This document shows positions 1 to 7,433 of a DNA stretch of 13,060 nucleotides, in pieces. The notes below the pieces were generated by a model that was given only the letters and a program-made list of their open reading frames with translations, was not told the DNA's origin and did not search any database. The DNA comes from a virus (lineage: Duplodnaviria > Heunggongvirae > Uroviricota > Caudoviricetes), in the IMG/VR virus record IMGVR_UViG_3300037129_000090, one strand, 5' to 3'. The position numbers were made by a program, and so were the translations under genes. Each line of letters starts with the position of its first letter. Positions within the stretch are counted from its first letter, which is position 1.

Positions 1-1
1 G

Positions 2-850
2 GCTCTTATCACTCTGGATTTAAAAGGGGAGAGTATAGACTTAATGTCCTCAAGTAGGGAGAGGCTTCTCGATATTCACCAATCAAGTTTTAACAGAATA
101 ATAAAAACAATATTGGCAAACCCCAAAAGTATAGTAGACAAGGGGCATACACTAACAGTAGACAAATATTCAATGAGAGAGGCTCTTGAATTCAAAAAAG
201 AAATACAGAAAACAGAATCTTATGAAGTGTCGGAAGCTGTCGATTCTGCAATAAGGGCATTAGAGAGGGGCGATAAATCAGAATTGGATTACCTTTTAAA
301 TAAGGTTGAATCCTTAGACGAAAACGTCGCCGGAAGACTTAGGTTAATAGTCGGCGGGTTCTTTGTATCTGATATGGGATACAATTTTGTAGTATATCGA
401 GATGGGGAGAAAAAAGCAGCTATAGACCCGACATCTCCAAAAGCACAAACAATTTTACATGTTTGGAAGAGAGTAGTCGAACAGGTTATGAAGGATAACC
501 AAATAAATGAAAATGTAATAGTAGGTTTGACATTTTCACCATCAGCAGAAGCAAGTCACACTGCAACAAGAAATTTATTAGGTGAAACAGAACACCATAT
601 ATTAATAAATCCTACAGTAGTTGAAAAATATTCAGATGCGGTAGACTTGGGGTTCTTCCTACATGATAGGGCTTGCCATGAATTAGCACATATCAGGATT
701 GAAGACCACTATGAAAATTTCTGTCTCCTGTGGCTGAAATACATGAATGCAAGAAGCAAAGACAGCAAAAAATACATAAACATGTTCAGGAAAGCTAAAG
801 AAGAAATTAACCTTAAAATAAGGAATAGCGAAAAGAAACAGGCAAAATAA
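2..850 (+). CDS. 5'-truncated protein with C-terminal HExxH zinc-metallopeptidase-like domain (WLM/YgjP/SprT-like)
   Basis: The frame is open from base 2 (ALITLDLKGESIDL) into the tracked Met at 44, so the gene probably starts upstream. Motif HELAHIRIEDH (HExxH-x5-H) is followed by YENFCLLW. Confidence 0.65.
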   Translation, partial: ALITLDLKGESIDLMSSSRERLLDIHQSSFNRIIKTILANPKSIVDKGHTLTVDKYSMREALEFKKEIQKTESYEVSEAVDSAIRALERGDKSELDYLLNKVESLDENVAGRLRLIVGGFFVSDMGYNFVVYRDGEKKAAIDPTSPKAQTILHVWKRVVEQVMKDNQINENVIVGLTFSPSAEASHTATRNLLGETEHHILINPTVVEKYSDAVDLGFFLHDRACHELAHIRIEDHYENFCLLWLKYMNARSKDSKKYINMFRKAKEEINLKIRNSEKKQAK

Positions 851-885
851 AACTGTTTCTTAAATTTTTATAACAACAAGAACAA

Positions 886-903
886 AAAGCAAATACTTAA
901 ATA
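886..903 (+). promoter_or_regulatory. Putative BRE/TATA promoter heading the small-gene array
   Basis: AAAGCAAATA-CTTAAATA (886-903), a degenerate version of the AACCAATATA-CTTATATA promoters downstream. It follows a T-rich stretch after ORF1 and precedes an A/C-rich leader and AAAGGAGA RBS. Confidence 0.5.
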
Positions 904-967
904 CTAAAACGTACTTCAATATAATAACGCAAAACAAAACAAACAAACATAAAGGAGATAAAATAAT

Positions 968-1159
968 ATGGGTAAAACTTTTAAAGAAACGAGAGAATAC
1001 AACACAGAAGAGAACAAAGTAAGCAAAAAAAGCAAATACACTAGAAAAGAAAAAATAAGGTTTGCTCTTGATATGGGAGCAAAAGAACTAAAAATTATCG
1101 TAAATGGAAAACCTGTAGATTCTGAATATATCGGAAACAAGAACACTATTCACCAATAA
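968..1159 (+). CDS. Hypothetical basic protein, 63 aa
   Basis: AAAGGAGA RBS at 951-958; Lys-rich ORF. Confidence 0.75.
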   Translation: MGKTFKETREYNTEENKVSKKSKYTRKEKIRFALDMGAKELKIIVNGKPVDSEYIGNKNTIHQ

Positions 1160-1174
1160 ACAGGAGCGGTTGGC

Positions 1175-1744
1175 ATGGATACGATTAGACCAAATGCGAC
1201 GGAAGACGGAACAACAAACGGCTTAAATTGGCTTCACATCTCGAATATGGGGAGCATAGAGGAGATGTTTAGTAAAGTTGGTAATAATCAATATCTAGCA
1301 ATTGCCTTTTATCCTAGTGGGCTTGTAAGAATCGGAGTAAAGGAAAAAGGAAAAAGTATGGATTGCTCAGAATCTTTAGTAAGTGTGTTCATTACTAAAG
1401 AACAGGATTTAGAGGCTCGAATCAATGAAGCAATAGAAAACAGAACATACAGAACAGTAAAACAACTTAATGAAGCGATACAAGAAACAAAGGAATACGA
1501 AAGGAAATTAAAGCAGATAATAAAAATGTCATGTGTTGAATCTTATTATATCATCAATCTGCAAAAACATAAAAAAGTATTAACAGAGATAGATGAAATG
1601 GAAAAGTACGCAAATGAAAACAATACAACAATACACTTTATTTGTGATAGTGTTATGTTGGCTTTTGATACTGGTCATGGAAAGAAACAGATTAAAGAAC
1701 CAAAGATAAAACCAATAGCCTTATATATGACAAATACATTATAG
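1175..1744 (+). CDS. Hypothetical protein, 189 aa; C-terminal segment shared with ORF 9940..10215
   Basis: CAGGAG RBS; 17/34 ungapped identity with the 9940 protein over KVLTEIDEMEKYANENNTTIHFICDSVMLAFDTG. Confidence 0.85.
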   Translation: MDTIRPNATEDGTTNGLNWLHISNMGSIEEMFSKVGNNQYLAIAFYPSGLVRIGVKEKGKSMDCSESLVSVFITKEQDLEARINEAIENRTYRTVKQLNEAIQETKEYERKLKQIIKMSCVESYYIINLQKHKKVLTEIDEMEKYANENNTTIHFICDSVMLAFDTGHGKKQIKEPKIKPIALYMTNTL

Positions 1745-1779
1745 TGTATGCAGTAATGCGATTAACGGAGATGATACAC

Positions 1780-2058
1780 ATGGTAATGGTAAACGGCATT
1801 GAATTAAAGAATGTTAAAAGTGCAAGAGGACATGAAGGCGACGGCGTAACAGCTAACGTTTACATGAACGGAAAAAAGATAGGCACGATTGAAGATTGGG
1901 GCGACGGCGGCGGAATGAATGTAAGCATAGAAAAGCCCTTTGTTGATGAATTCGATAGAAAATACGAGGCATACGTTAAGAAGTACATGGACGACAAGGA
2001 AGCTGATGAAAACTTATTCTTTAATGAAATGCTAGAGCTTATTAGAATCGAGAAGTGA
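1780..2058 (+). CDS. Hypothetical mobile-element protein (GHEG...GKKIG...GDGG motif), 92 aa; possibly the N-terminal part of an interrupted gene
   Basis: GGAGATG RBS at 1767-1773 supports ATG 1780 rather than GTG 1744. It ends in TGA, after which the same frame stays open to 2808. Confidence 0.75.
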   Translation: MVMVNGIELKNVKSARGHEGDGVTANVYMNGKKIGTIEDWGDGGGMNVSIEKPFVDEFDRKYEAYVKKYMDDKEADENLFFNEMLELIRIEK

Positions 2059-2163
2059 TATAAAGATGCTCAGAAAAAAGTAAATGGTGCGCCTCTCTCT
2101 CTGATTGCCATATACGAACTGGAAAAAGTAAAAGGACTCGGTTCTTGGTTTGAATTAACAGCA

Positions 2164-2808
2164 ATGGCAACAACAGCAAACGGTAATGAGAGAAATTACA
2201 TTGAGAGAATGAAAATAAAAGACAGTAAGATAGACAAATGCAAGATATTTCCATCTCTCAAAGAGTTCATAATCAACACTGAGGGTAAGGAGAAGACCTT
2301 TGAAACAATAATCTATACAAAGGAAAAACCTGAGAAGGTTATCTTTAAGGGAACTACAGAAAACCACGACCCTGACCCTCTGCTCTTTAAAGAGTTGTAT
2401 AGAAGAGAGAAAAACAACATTCTTGGTGTTATTCATAATGTGCAAAAAGGTTACTACCTGCAAGTTACCATGCACTATAGTTACTCTGGTAGTATCTGTA
2501 ATATGAAGATAATAAGACAAGGTAAAACTGAAAAGAATATCAATAACCATATTTCAATGAACATAGGAATGAAAGGCGGTAAAACAAACGATGAGCTAAG
2601 AAAAATGACAATTGAACAGCTTGATTCAATCATTCTGCCTATCATAGAACCATACGACAAAAGAGTAAAGCTAGAAAATATGGTAGCTGTGAAAGTCTGC
2701 TGTCCCTTCTGTGATAAAGTACAGTATGTCAATGAATCAAAATTATTCAAAAAGGAAATATGCAGTTGTGGAAAAGAGATAGAACCAATATTTGATATGA
2801 TAGAATAA
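2164..2808 (+). CDS. Composite hypothetical protein with C-terminal zinc ribbon (CPFC...CSC); true start uncertain
   Basis: No RBS before ATG 2164; the frame is open back to 2059. The C-terminal 42 aa from Met at 2680 align with ORF 3121..3258. Confidence 0.7.
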   Translation: MATTANGNERNYIERMKIKDSKIDKCKIFPSLKEFIINTEGKEKTFETIIYTKEKPEKVIFKGTTENHDPDPLLFKELYRREKNNILGVIHNVQKGYYLQVTMHYSYSGSICNMKIIRQGKTEKNINNHISMNIGMKGGKTNDELRKMTIEQLDSIILPIIEPYDKRVKLENMVAVKVCCPFCDKVQYVNESKLFKKEICSCGKEIEPIFDMIE

Positions 2809-2843
2809 CAAGGATAAGGAAACAAACAAGGAGATGAAAAAAT

Positions 2844-3107
2844 ATGTTTAAAGAAATGTACTTAAAAAAGAGAGATGAAATTCTCTCAACCCTCAAAAAC
2901 ATCGAAAAAGGAAACTACATACAGATCGCCTTCTTTAAGGACAGGATCGAGTTTGAAACTTCAAAACAGGGATTCGCTAGACTTTGGGTTGATGCAGTTG
3001 TTTCCTGTAATGTCGGAGTACGTATGAGACCGAGAGAGATAAGGAGAATAACAGCAGATAAACTGGATGAAATAGTCTTCAAAATCCTGAAACCATACGA
3101 AAATTAA
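2844..3107 (+). CDS. Hypothetical protein, 87 aa
   Basis: AAGGAGATG RBS; compact spacing. Confidence 0.8.
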   Translation: MFKEMYLKKRDEILSTLKNIEKGNYIQIAFFKDRIEFETSKQGFARLWVDAVVSCNVGVRMRPREIRRITADKLDEIVFKILKPYEN

Positions 3108-3120
3108 GGAGATGGTAAGC

Positions 3121-3258
3121 ATGGGTAAGGTAAAGGTGGAATGTCCTGAGTGCGGCGCAATAGATAAAGTTGATGAATCGGAATTCTTCAATGATGTTAT
3201 CTGTAAAGAATGCGGCGGAACGATAAAACCTGAAAGAGATATGATAAAGAGCATGTGA
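3121..3258 (+). CDS. Zinc-ribbon micro-protein, 45 aa (not in ORF track)
   Basis: MGKVKVECPECGAIDKVDESEFFNDVICKECGGTIKPERDMIKSM; AAGGAGATGG RBS; CxxC-x16-CxxC. Confidence 0.85.
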   Translation: MGKVKVECPECGAIDKVDESEFFNDVICKECGGTIKPERDMIKSM

Positions 3259-3262
3259 GGGT

Positions 3263-3290
3263 AAGGAGAGCTTTATCATCTCCTTTATTT
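3263..3290 (+). terminator. Putative hairpin/terminator
   Basis: AAGGAGA (3263-3269) / TCTCCTT (3279-3285), a 7-bp stem with 9-nt loop, followed by TATTT. Confidence 0.4.
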
Positions 3291-3300
3291 TAAAAGGCGG

Positions 3301-3621
3301 GTGGCATTAATGAGAGGAAGTAGACGTATAGACCCTTCAAAGTTTCCTGAGCTAATCGAATATGCACAGAGCTTAGGATTCGGCTTAGAATTTCCAACAT
3401 GTGTAACTGATAACACGCACTTTTTAGCACTTGCAGATAAGACTTGTTGTATTTCTGTAGCATATGAGGACGAAATATTTGGTTGTAATCCTTACATTGA
3501 TGTGTATATCCATGTCTTAGGAAACGGTAAATGTAACATGGAACAGGCAAAAGCAACATATGAAGCTTTTCCATCAGCAATTAAGATATTAGAGAGATTT
3601 ATAAAAGAAGTAGAGGTGTAA
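3301..3621 (+). CDS. Hypothetical protein, 106 aa (start GTG 3301 or ATG 3310)
   Basis: ORF track; fits the gene tiling; weak RBS. Confidence 0.7.
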   Translation: MALMRGSRRIDPSKFPELIEYAQSLGFGLEFPTCVTDNTHFLALADKTCCISVAYEDEIFGCNPYIDVYIHVLGNGKCNMEQAKATYEAFPSAIKILERFIKEVEV

Positions 3622-3623
3622 CA

Positions 3624-3911
3624 ATGGGATACATAAAAAATAAAATAATTTACGCTGAAATGGCTAGAAGGAAAGTACAATTCCATAAAAATGAGGATTG
3701 GAGTACCATAAAGCTATGGGGTTTATTCTCATGGGGTGCGGTTTCCAGAATGATTAATGATGGTAGGCTTAAAACTCCTAGTACGTACACGCGGGAGAAT
3801 AGAACAGTTTGGGTTTATCCTACTGCGGAAGTTTACGAAAAGCATATCAAACCGCTCATTGAGAAGTACACTCTTGAAGAACTTACAACGATGTCTGGTT
3901 GGGATGATTAA
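3624..3911 (+). CDS. Hypothetical protein, 95 aa
   Basis: GAGGTG RBS overlapping the end of the previous gene. Confidence 0.8.
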   Translation: MGYIKNKIIYAEMARRKVQFHKNEDWSTIKLWGLFSWGAVSRMINDGRLKTPSTYTRENRTVWVYPTAEVYEKHIKPLIEKYTLEELTTMSGWDD

Positions 3912-3913
3912 GC

Positions 3914-4144
3914 ATGTTTGGGCTATCACCTGAATTCTGGCAGTTTTTCACTAACTATATCACAAGTCAAATTCTGACCTTCCTAATAGCTCTTGTATTA
4001 GGTGCTATAGTCGCAGGGATACTTGTGTGGCTTGGTATTCACGAACAGAATGAGAAGGAAGCAGAGAAGCTTGAGTTAGCACAGAGAGAAGAGGAAGATA
4101 AGAAGAGGATAGAAGCAGATAACGCAAGAAAACATAGGAGTTAA
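3914..4144 (+). CDS. Small membrane-anchored protein, 76 aa
   Basis: Hydrophobic helix ILTFLIALVLGAIVAGILVWLGI followed by a charged E/K-rich tail. Confidence 0.75.
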   Translation: MFGLSPEFWQFFTNYITSQILTFLIALVLGAIVAGILVWLGIHEQNEKEAEKLELAQREEEDKKRIEADNARKHRS

Positions 4145-4147
4145 AAC

Positions 4148-4330
4148 ATGACAATATTTGATGATTTAGTAACAGCACTGGACGAAACAAACGATATTCC
4201 AGTAGACAATGAGATGAACATTGTGAGAAGACTTGAAGCACTGTACGCAAGACTTGAACCAAAATATACAAGAGAACAGATAAACGCGGCTCTTATGTTT
4301 GCTAATGTCGCTGTCAAATTAGAGAAATAA
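4148..4330 (+). CDS. Hypothetical protein, 60 aa
   Basis: AGGAG RBS; 3-nt gap after the previous stop. Confidence 0.75.
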   Translation: MTIFDDLVTALDETNDIPVDNEMNIVRRLEALYARLEPKYTREQINAALMFANVAVKLEK

Positions 4331-4365
4331 AGAGGTTTTAAGTTCCCTTAGATTAAAGCAACAGC

Positions 4366-4405
4366 ATTATAACCAATCTATTTATATATGATTACTGCGT
4401 TATAG
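4366..4405 (+). promoter_or_regulatory. Archaeal-type promoter, class B copy 1
   Basis: ATTATAACCAAT-cta-TTTATATATG-N7-CGTTATAG; same blocks and spacing as 9722-9761. Confidence 0.75.
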
Positions 4406-4430
4406 GTATATGGCAAAGGAGATGATACTT

Positions 4431-4601
4431 ATGAGTGATAAACTAACACTGGAACTTAAAAAGGAATTCGGTACTATTGCAGAAATGATTGAATACCTTG
4501 AACGAATGACAGCAGACATTAAGAACGGTAAAATAGCGGAAACTCCGACATGGCAGATATATATAGCGGAAGCGGAAGATTCAGAATTCAATGAGAGATG
4601 A
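4431..4601 (+). CDS. Hypothetical protein, 56 aa
   Basis: AAAGGAGATGAT RBS supports ATG 4431 (track start 4410); ATGA overlap with the next gene. Confidence 0.75.
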   Translation: MSDKLTLELKKEFGTIAEMIEYLERMTADIKNGKIAETPTWQIYIAEAEDSEFNER

Positions 4602-4789
4602 TAAAGATGCTATTCAATTGTTGTGATGGGTGCGGTGCGCTGTATGCCTTGAAACACGCTTCAAGTAGAAATAGATACACTAAAGAAAATATAACAGAGC
4701 GATTTTATTACTGTCCGGTGTGTGGATGTTCAATAAGTCTTCTTAAACGAGAATCACAAGAAGAGTACGACGCAAACCCATTTATGTAA
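4598..4789 (+). CDS. Zinc-ribbon protein (CDGC...CPVC); start 4598 or 4607
   Basis: Two CxxC knuckles; ATGA coupling. Confidence 0.8.
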   Translation: MIKMLFNCCDGCGALYALKHASSRNRYTKENITERFYYCPVCGCSISLLKRESQEEYDANPFM

Positions 4790-4813
4790 ATCAGGGTAAG
4801 GAGATGATAATCA

Positions 4814-5404
4814 ATGGTTCAAAAAGCAATGGAAGTTTATAAGAGCTTCGAGGAATGGAGAGAAGAAAACGATGACGGTAATCAGTTTATTGTATATATG
4901 TTTGATGATGCTCAGATAGACATAACAGGGCTTGATTTCTGTTATCCTGCAAACATGGAAGCAGTAAGAAAAATGTTTCTTGCTCACGATGTCGTATTTA
5001 CAGAATCACCGGCTGAGTTTCAGGCTGAAATTATTGCGCTTCAAAAAGAGCTTAGGGTAGATACTTACTTTATGCAAGAGAGGTATCAAGACTTGTATAT
5101 AAAGGAGAGATATGAGCCTGTCTACAATTACATAGACAGAAACCTTGTTGAAAAAACAGTCAGTGAAAACTTCGATGTCCTTGTGCCGTATTTCGTAAAA
5201 GGTGAATCTTTCGTAATAAAGCCACTGATCAGCATGTTCAAATATTCTGATCTTATGCTTATGTATCTCAGTATCCTCAGAGTTCAGGGTAAGGTAAGCA
5301 ATGAGGAACTAAGGATATACGGCGACCTCACAGAGGACTTAATCTTTGACTATACCAGAGAGAAGCTTGTACCGAGGATTAAACAAATTCAACCGGAAGA
5401 GTAA
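4814..5404 (+). CDS. Hypothetical protein, 196 aa
   Basis: GGGTAAGGAGATGAT RBS; long ORF; no motif recognised. Confidence 0.85.
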   Translation: MVQKAMEVYKSFEEWREENDDGNQFIVYMFDDAQIDITGLDFCYPANMEAVRKMFLAHDVVFTESPAEFQAEIIALQKELRVDTYFMQERYQDLYIKERYEPVYNYIDRNLVEKTVSENFDVLVPYFVKGESFVIKPLISMFKYSDLMLMYLSILRVQGKVSNEELRIYGDLTEDLIFDYTREKLVPRIKQIQPEE

Positions 5405-5421
5405 ATAAGTGAGGTTTGACT

Positions 5422-5886
5422 ATGGAGGGTAATGAAGAGGGTAAGGAGAAGACAGAAGCGATAAACGATGCGGCGGCATTAATTAACTTCATGGAATACT
5501 GGAATGCAATATTGGAAGACCGTGAAGAAACATTCAAGAAAATTGACAGTCAAATGATTTCTCTTGAAAAACGCATGGAAGAGAAACGTATTAGAGAAAT
5601 TTGCGGAGACAGAAGCTATGAATTTATGCATATACGTATGCGCGAACACACACGCTTGCACTCGGTATGGAAAGACGACAGAAACGGTGAGAGTATCGTT
5701 ATTCATGGGATGTTTTCAGGAGACGAAGGCTTTATTATCCCACTTCAAACATTAAGCCGCCGCCCCGAACTGAACACAGATGCTTATCTGAAATTCTGGC
5801 AAAATCAGGTAGGTAAGCCGATGCATGAGATTAAGTTAATCCTCATTGGAATAAATCAAAAAGAGATAGTGAACGGAGATTATTAA
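5422..5886 (+). CDS. Hypothetical protein; C-terminal domain paralogous to ORF 6275..6550
   Basis: GTGAGGT RBS (ATG 5422 or TTG 5416); 17/40 ungapped identity around YLKFWQ with the 6275 protein. Confidence 0.85.
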   Translation: MEGNEEGKEKTEAINDAAALINFMEYWNAILEDREETFKKIDSQMISLEKRMEEKRIREICGDRSYEFMHIRMREHTRLHSVWKDDRNGESIVIHGMFSGDEGFIIPLQTLSRRPELNTDAYLKFWQNQVGKPMHEIKLILIGINQKEIVNGDY

Positions 5887-5888
5887 CT

Positions 5889-6278
5889 ATGGAAGAACCA
5901 CTTTTAAGAGAACTGATACAAGAGGGCTTAATGGATGAAGCTGAACAAAAATTACGTAATATCATTACAAAGATGGATATTGTAATTGATAGGCTCACTT
6001 GTGTTAAAAACATTCTTAACCTGAAAGTAGAGGATGTTGAACCAAATACTGAGATGTTTCGAGCTAAAACAAAGATAGGTGCAATAATAAGAACGCTGAC
6101 AAAAGAAGGGATAACAGAGAAGCAGAGACAATTATTCGATGATGCATTAGAGCTTGCAGAATCCGCCGAAAAACATACTAGGTGGATTAGAGAAGAGCTT
6201 GGAAATGACGAACCATGTAGGGCTGAAACTGATATACTAACTGTAATTCACATGTTACGGAATATGAAATACAGATGA
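5889..6278 (+). CDS. Hypothetical helical protein, 129 aa
   Basis: CGGAGA RBS; ATGA overlap with the next gene. Confidence 0.8.
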   Translation: MEEPLLRELIQEGLMDEAEQKLRNIITKMDIVIDRLTCVKNILNLKVEDVEPNTEMFRAKTKIGAIIRTLTKEGITEKQRQLFDDALELAESAEKHTRWIREELGNDEPCRAETDILTVIHMLRNMKYR

Positions 6279-6550
6279 GGACTGATACTATGACTAAACA
6301 CGGAAACTATAGGCTTACAGTGGTTGAACTTATCTATAATGAAAAAATGAACACTTACTCATTATGGGGAAGAATCGGCACTCTTAGAACAGGAGTAACA
6401 AAAATACGGTTACAGTCATTGAAACCTGAACAAGAAGCAAATAAAGAGAAGTATCTGCAATTCTGGCAGAAACGCATAGGGTTGAAAGAATGTGAGGTTG
6501 AACTGATTCACGCGGGGCTAAATCAAGAATGTGAAATAAGGAAAGCTTGA
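6275..6550 (+). CDS. Hypothetical protein, YLQFWQ-domain paralog (start 6275 or 6290)
   Basis: Paralogy with 5422..5886; gene tiling. Confidence 0.85.
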   Translation: MRTDTMTKHGNYRLTVVELIYNEKMNTYSLWGRIGTLRTGVTKIRLQSLKPEQEANKEKYLQFWQKRIGLKECEVELIHAGLNQECEIRKA

Positions 6551-6551
6551 T

Positions 6552-6716
6552 ATGGCAGAATTTATAGAATGTCCGGTAGGTTGTGGTTATCGTTGCTCAG
6601 GTTGTGCAATATGCGGCGCGCCCGCTAATCATTATAACTCAACATGCAAAGAGTGTATGGAATGCTTAGAAGCAACTCAAAAATTCTTTAAAATAATAAT
6701 GGAGGTAAACAAATGA
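6552..6716 (+). CDS. Cys-rich micro-protein, 54 aa, 8 Cys (not in ORF track)
   Basis: MAEFIECPVGCGYRCSGCAICGAPANHYNSTCKECMECLEATQKFFKIIMEVNK; starts 2 nt after the previous stop and ends in an ATGA overlap with 6713. Confidence 0.8.
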   Translation: MAEFIECPVGCGYRCSGCAICGAPANHYNSTCKECMECLEATQKFFKIIMEVNK

Positions 6717-6988
6717 AAGCAAATCTAATTTACAAAGGTGTTATCAATGGTGATTTCCGCTTTATGCCAATTGAAGTTGCCTGTAGGGATGATATTAAGG
6801 TCATTATGAGTACACTAATGATTTATAAGAATTCATCGCAACAGTGTCTTGATGTGACTTTAAGCGACTGTAATATGCCTATCCCTAGACATGACTGGTT
6901 TACGTCAGACGAAAACGAAGGAAGCACTGTATTTGAGCGATTTCAGGTATATGAGCTTGTTGGTGTCGATTTTTACGAAGACCAATAA
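6713..6988 (+). CDS. Hypothetical protein, tandem paralog A1, 91 aa
   Basis: GGAGGT RBS; 34/89 ungapped identity to 7072..7341. Confidence 0.9.
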   Translation: MKANLIYKGVINGDFRFMPIEVACRDDIKVIMSTLMIYKNSSQQCLDVTLSDCNMPIPRHDWFTSDENEGSTVFERFQVYELVGVDFYEDQ

Positions 6989-6989
6989 T

Positions 6990-7048
6990 TAACAAAACAA
7001 CAAACAATATACTTATATACATTGAAGTGCTAGTATTGTATAGAAGCA
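6990..7048 (+). repeat. 59-bp promoter cassette, copy 1 (class A)
   Basis: 57/59 identical to 7351-7409, with a 44-bp core (7005-7048) identical; contains CTTATATA and TATACA-N15-TGTATA. Confidence 0.95.
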
Positions 7049-7071
7049 TATTAAATAAGGAGATGATAGTC

Positions 7072-7341
7072 ATGTATGCTAAACTTATTTATTTAGGGAT
7101 GATAGATGGCACACTTGAATATAATACAATAAGGGTAGATTCCATAGATGATGTACGCATGATAATGAAATGCTTAGAAGATAGCACGACTCAAAATAGG
7201 AAGGAATTGAACGTACCTATGGAAGATAAAAATGAAAATATTCCATTAGTTAATTGGTTTTCAAAGGACATAAAGGAAGACGGCGAAACACTAACACGAT
7301 TCCAGATGTATAGACTTGTTGGTGTCGATTTAATTAAGTAA
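7072..7341 (+). CDS. Hypothetical protein, tandem paralog A2, 89 aa
   Basis: AAGGAGATGAT RBS at 7057-7067 and N-terminal alignment to A1 give start 7072, not 7027. Confidence 0.9.
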   Translation: MYAKLIYLGMIDGTLEYNTIRVDSIDDVRMIMKCLEDSTTQNRKELNVPMEDKNENIPLVNWFSKDIKEDGETLTRFQMYRLVGVDLIK

Positions 7342-7350
7342 AATGCAATA

Positions 7351-7409
7351 TAACAAAATAACAACCAATATACTTATATACATTGAAGTGCTAGTATTGT
7401 ATAGAAGCA
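7351..7409 (+). repeat. 59-bp promoter cassette, copy 2 (class A)
   Basis: Direct repeat of 6990-7048 at a 361-bp period; AACCAAT-ata-CTTATATA. Confidence 0.95.
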
Positions 7410-7433
7410 AAATAAAACAAGGAGATGAAAGTT

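Noticed and set aside
871-950. CAAA/AAC low-complexity runs as a tandem repeat element
   Set aside because: They are irregular and short; better explained as unstructured A/C-rich promoter flanks and leaders, also seen at 2806-2830 and 6990-7004.
1270-2945. YLAIAFY (1175 gene) versus YIQIAFF (2844 gene) as a sixth paralog pair
   Set aside because: The similarity is limited to one short hydrophobic strand and cannot be extended convincingly by hand.
5564-5755. Nested + strand ORF of 63 aa, and the Arg-rich extension 10725-10772
   Set aside because: These are alternative frames inside longer RBS-supported genes, with no RBS of their own.
6990-7409. 59-bp direct repeats as a CRISPR array or att sites
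   Set aside because: There are only two copies, longer than typical CRISPR repeats. The intervening DNA is an intact gene, the repeats contain TATA boxes, and no cas or integrase gene is in the window.
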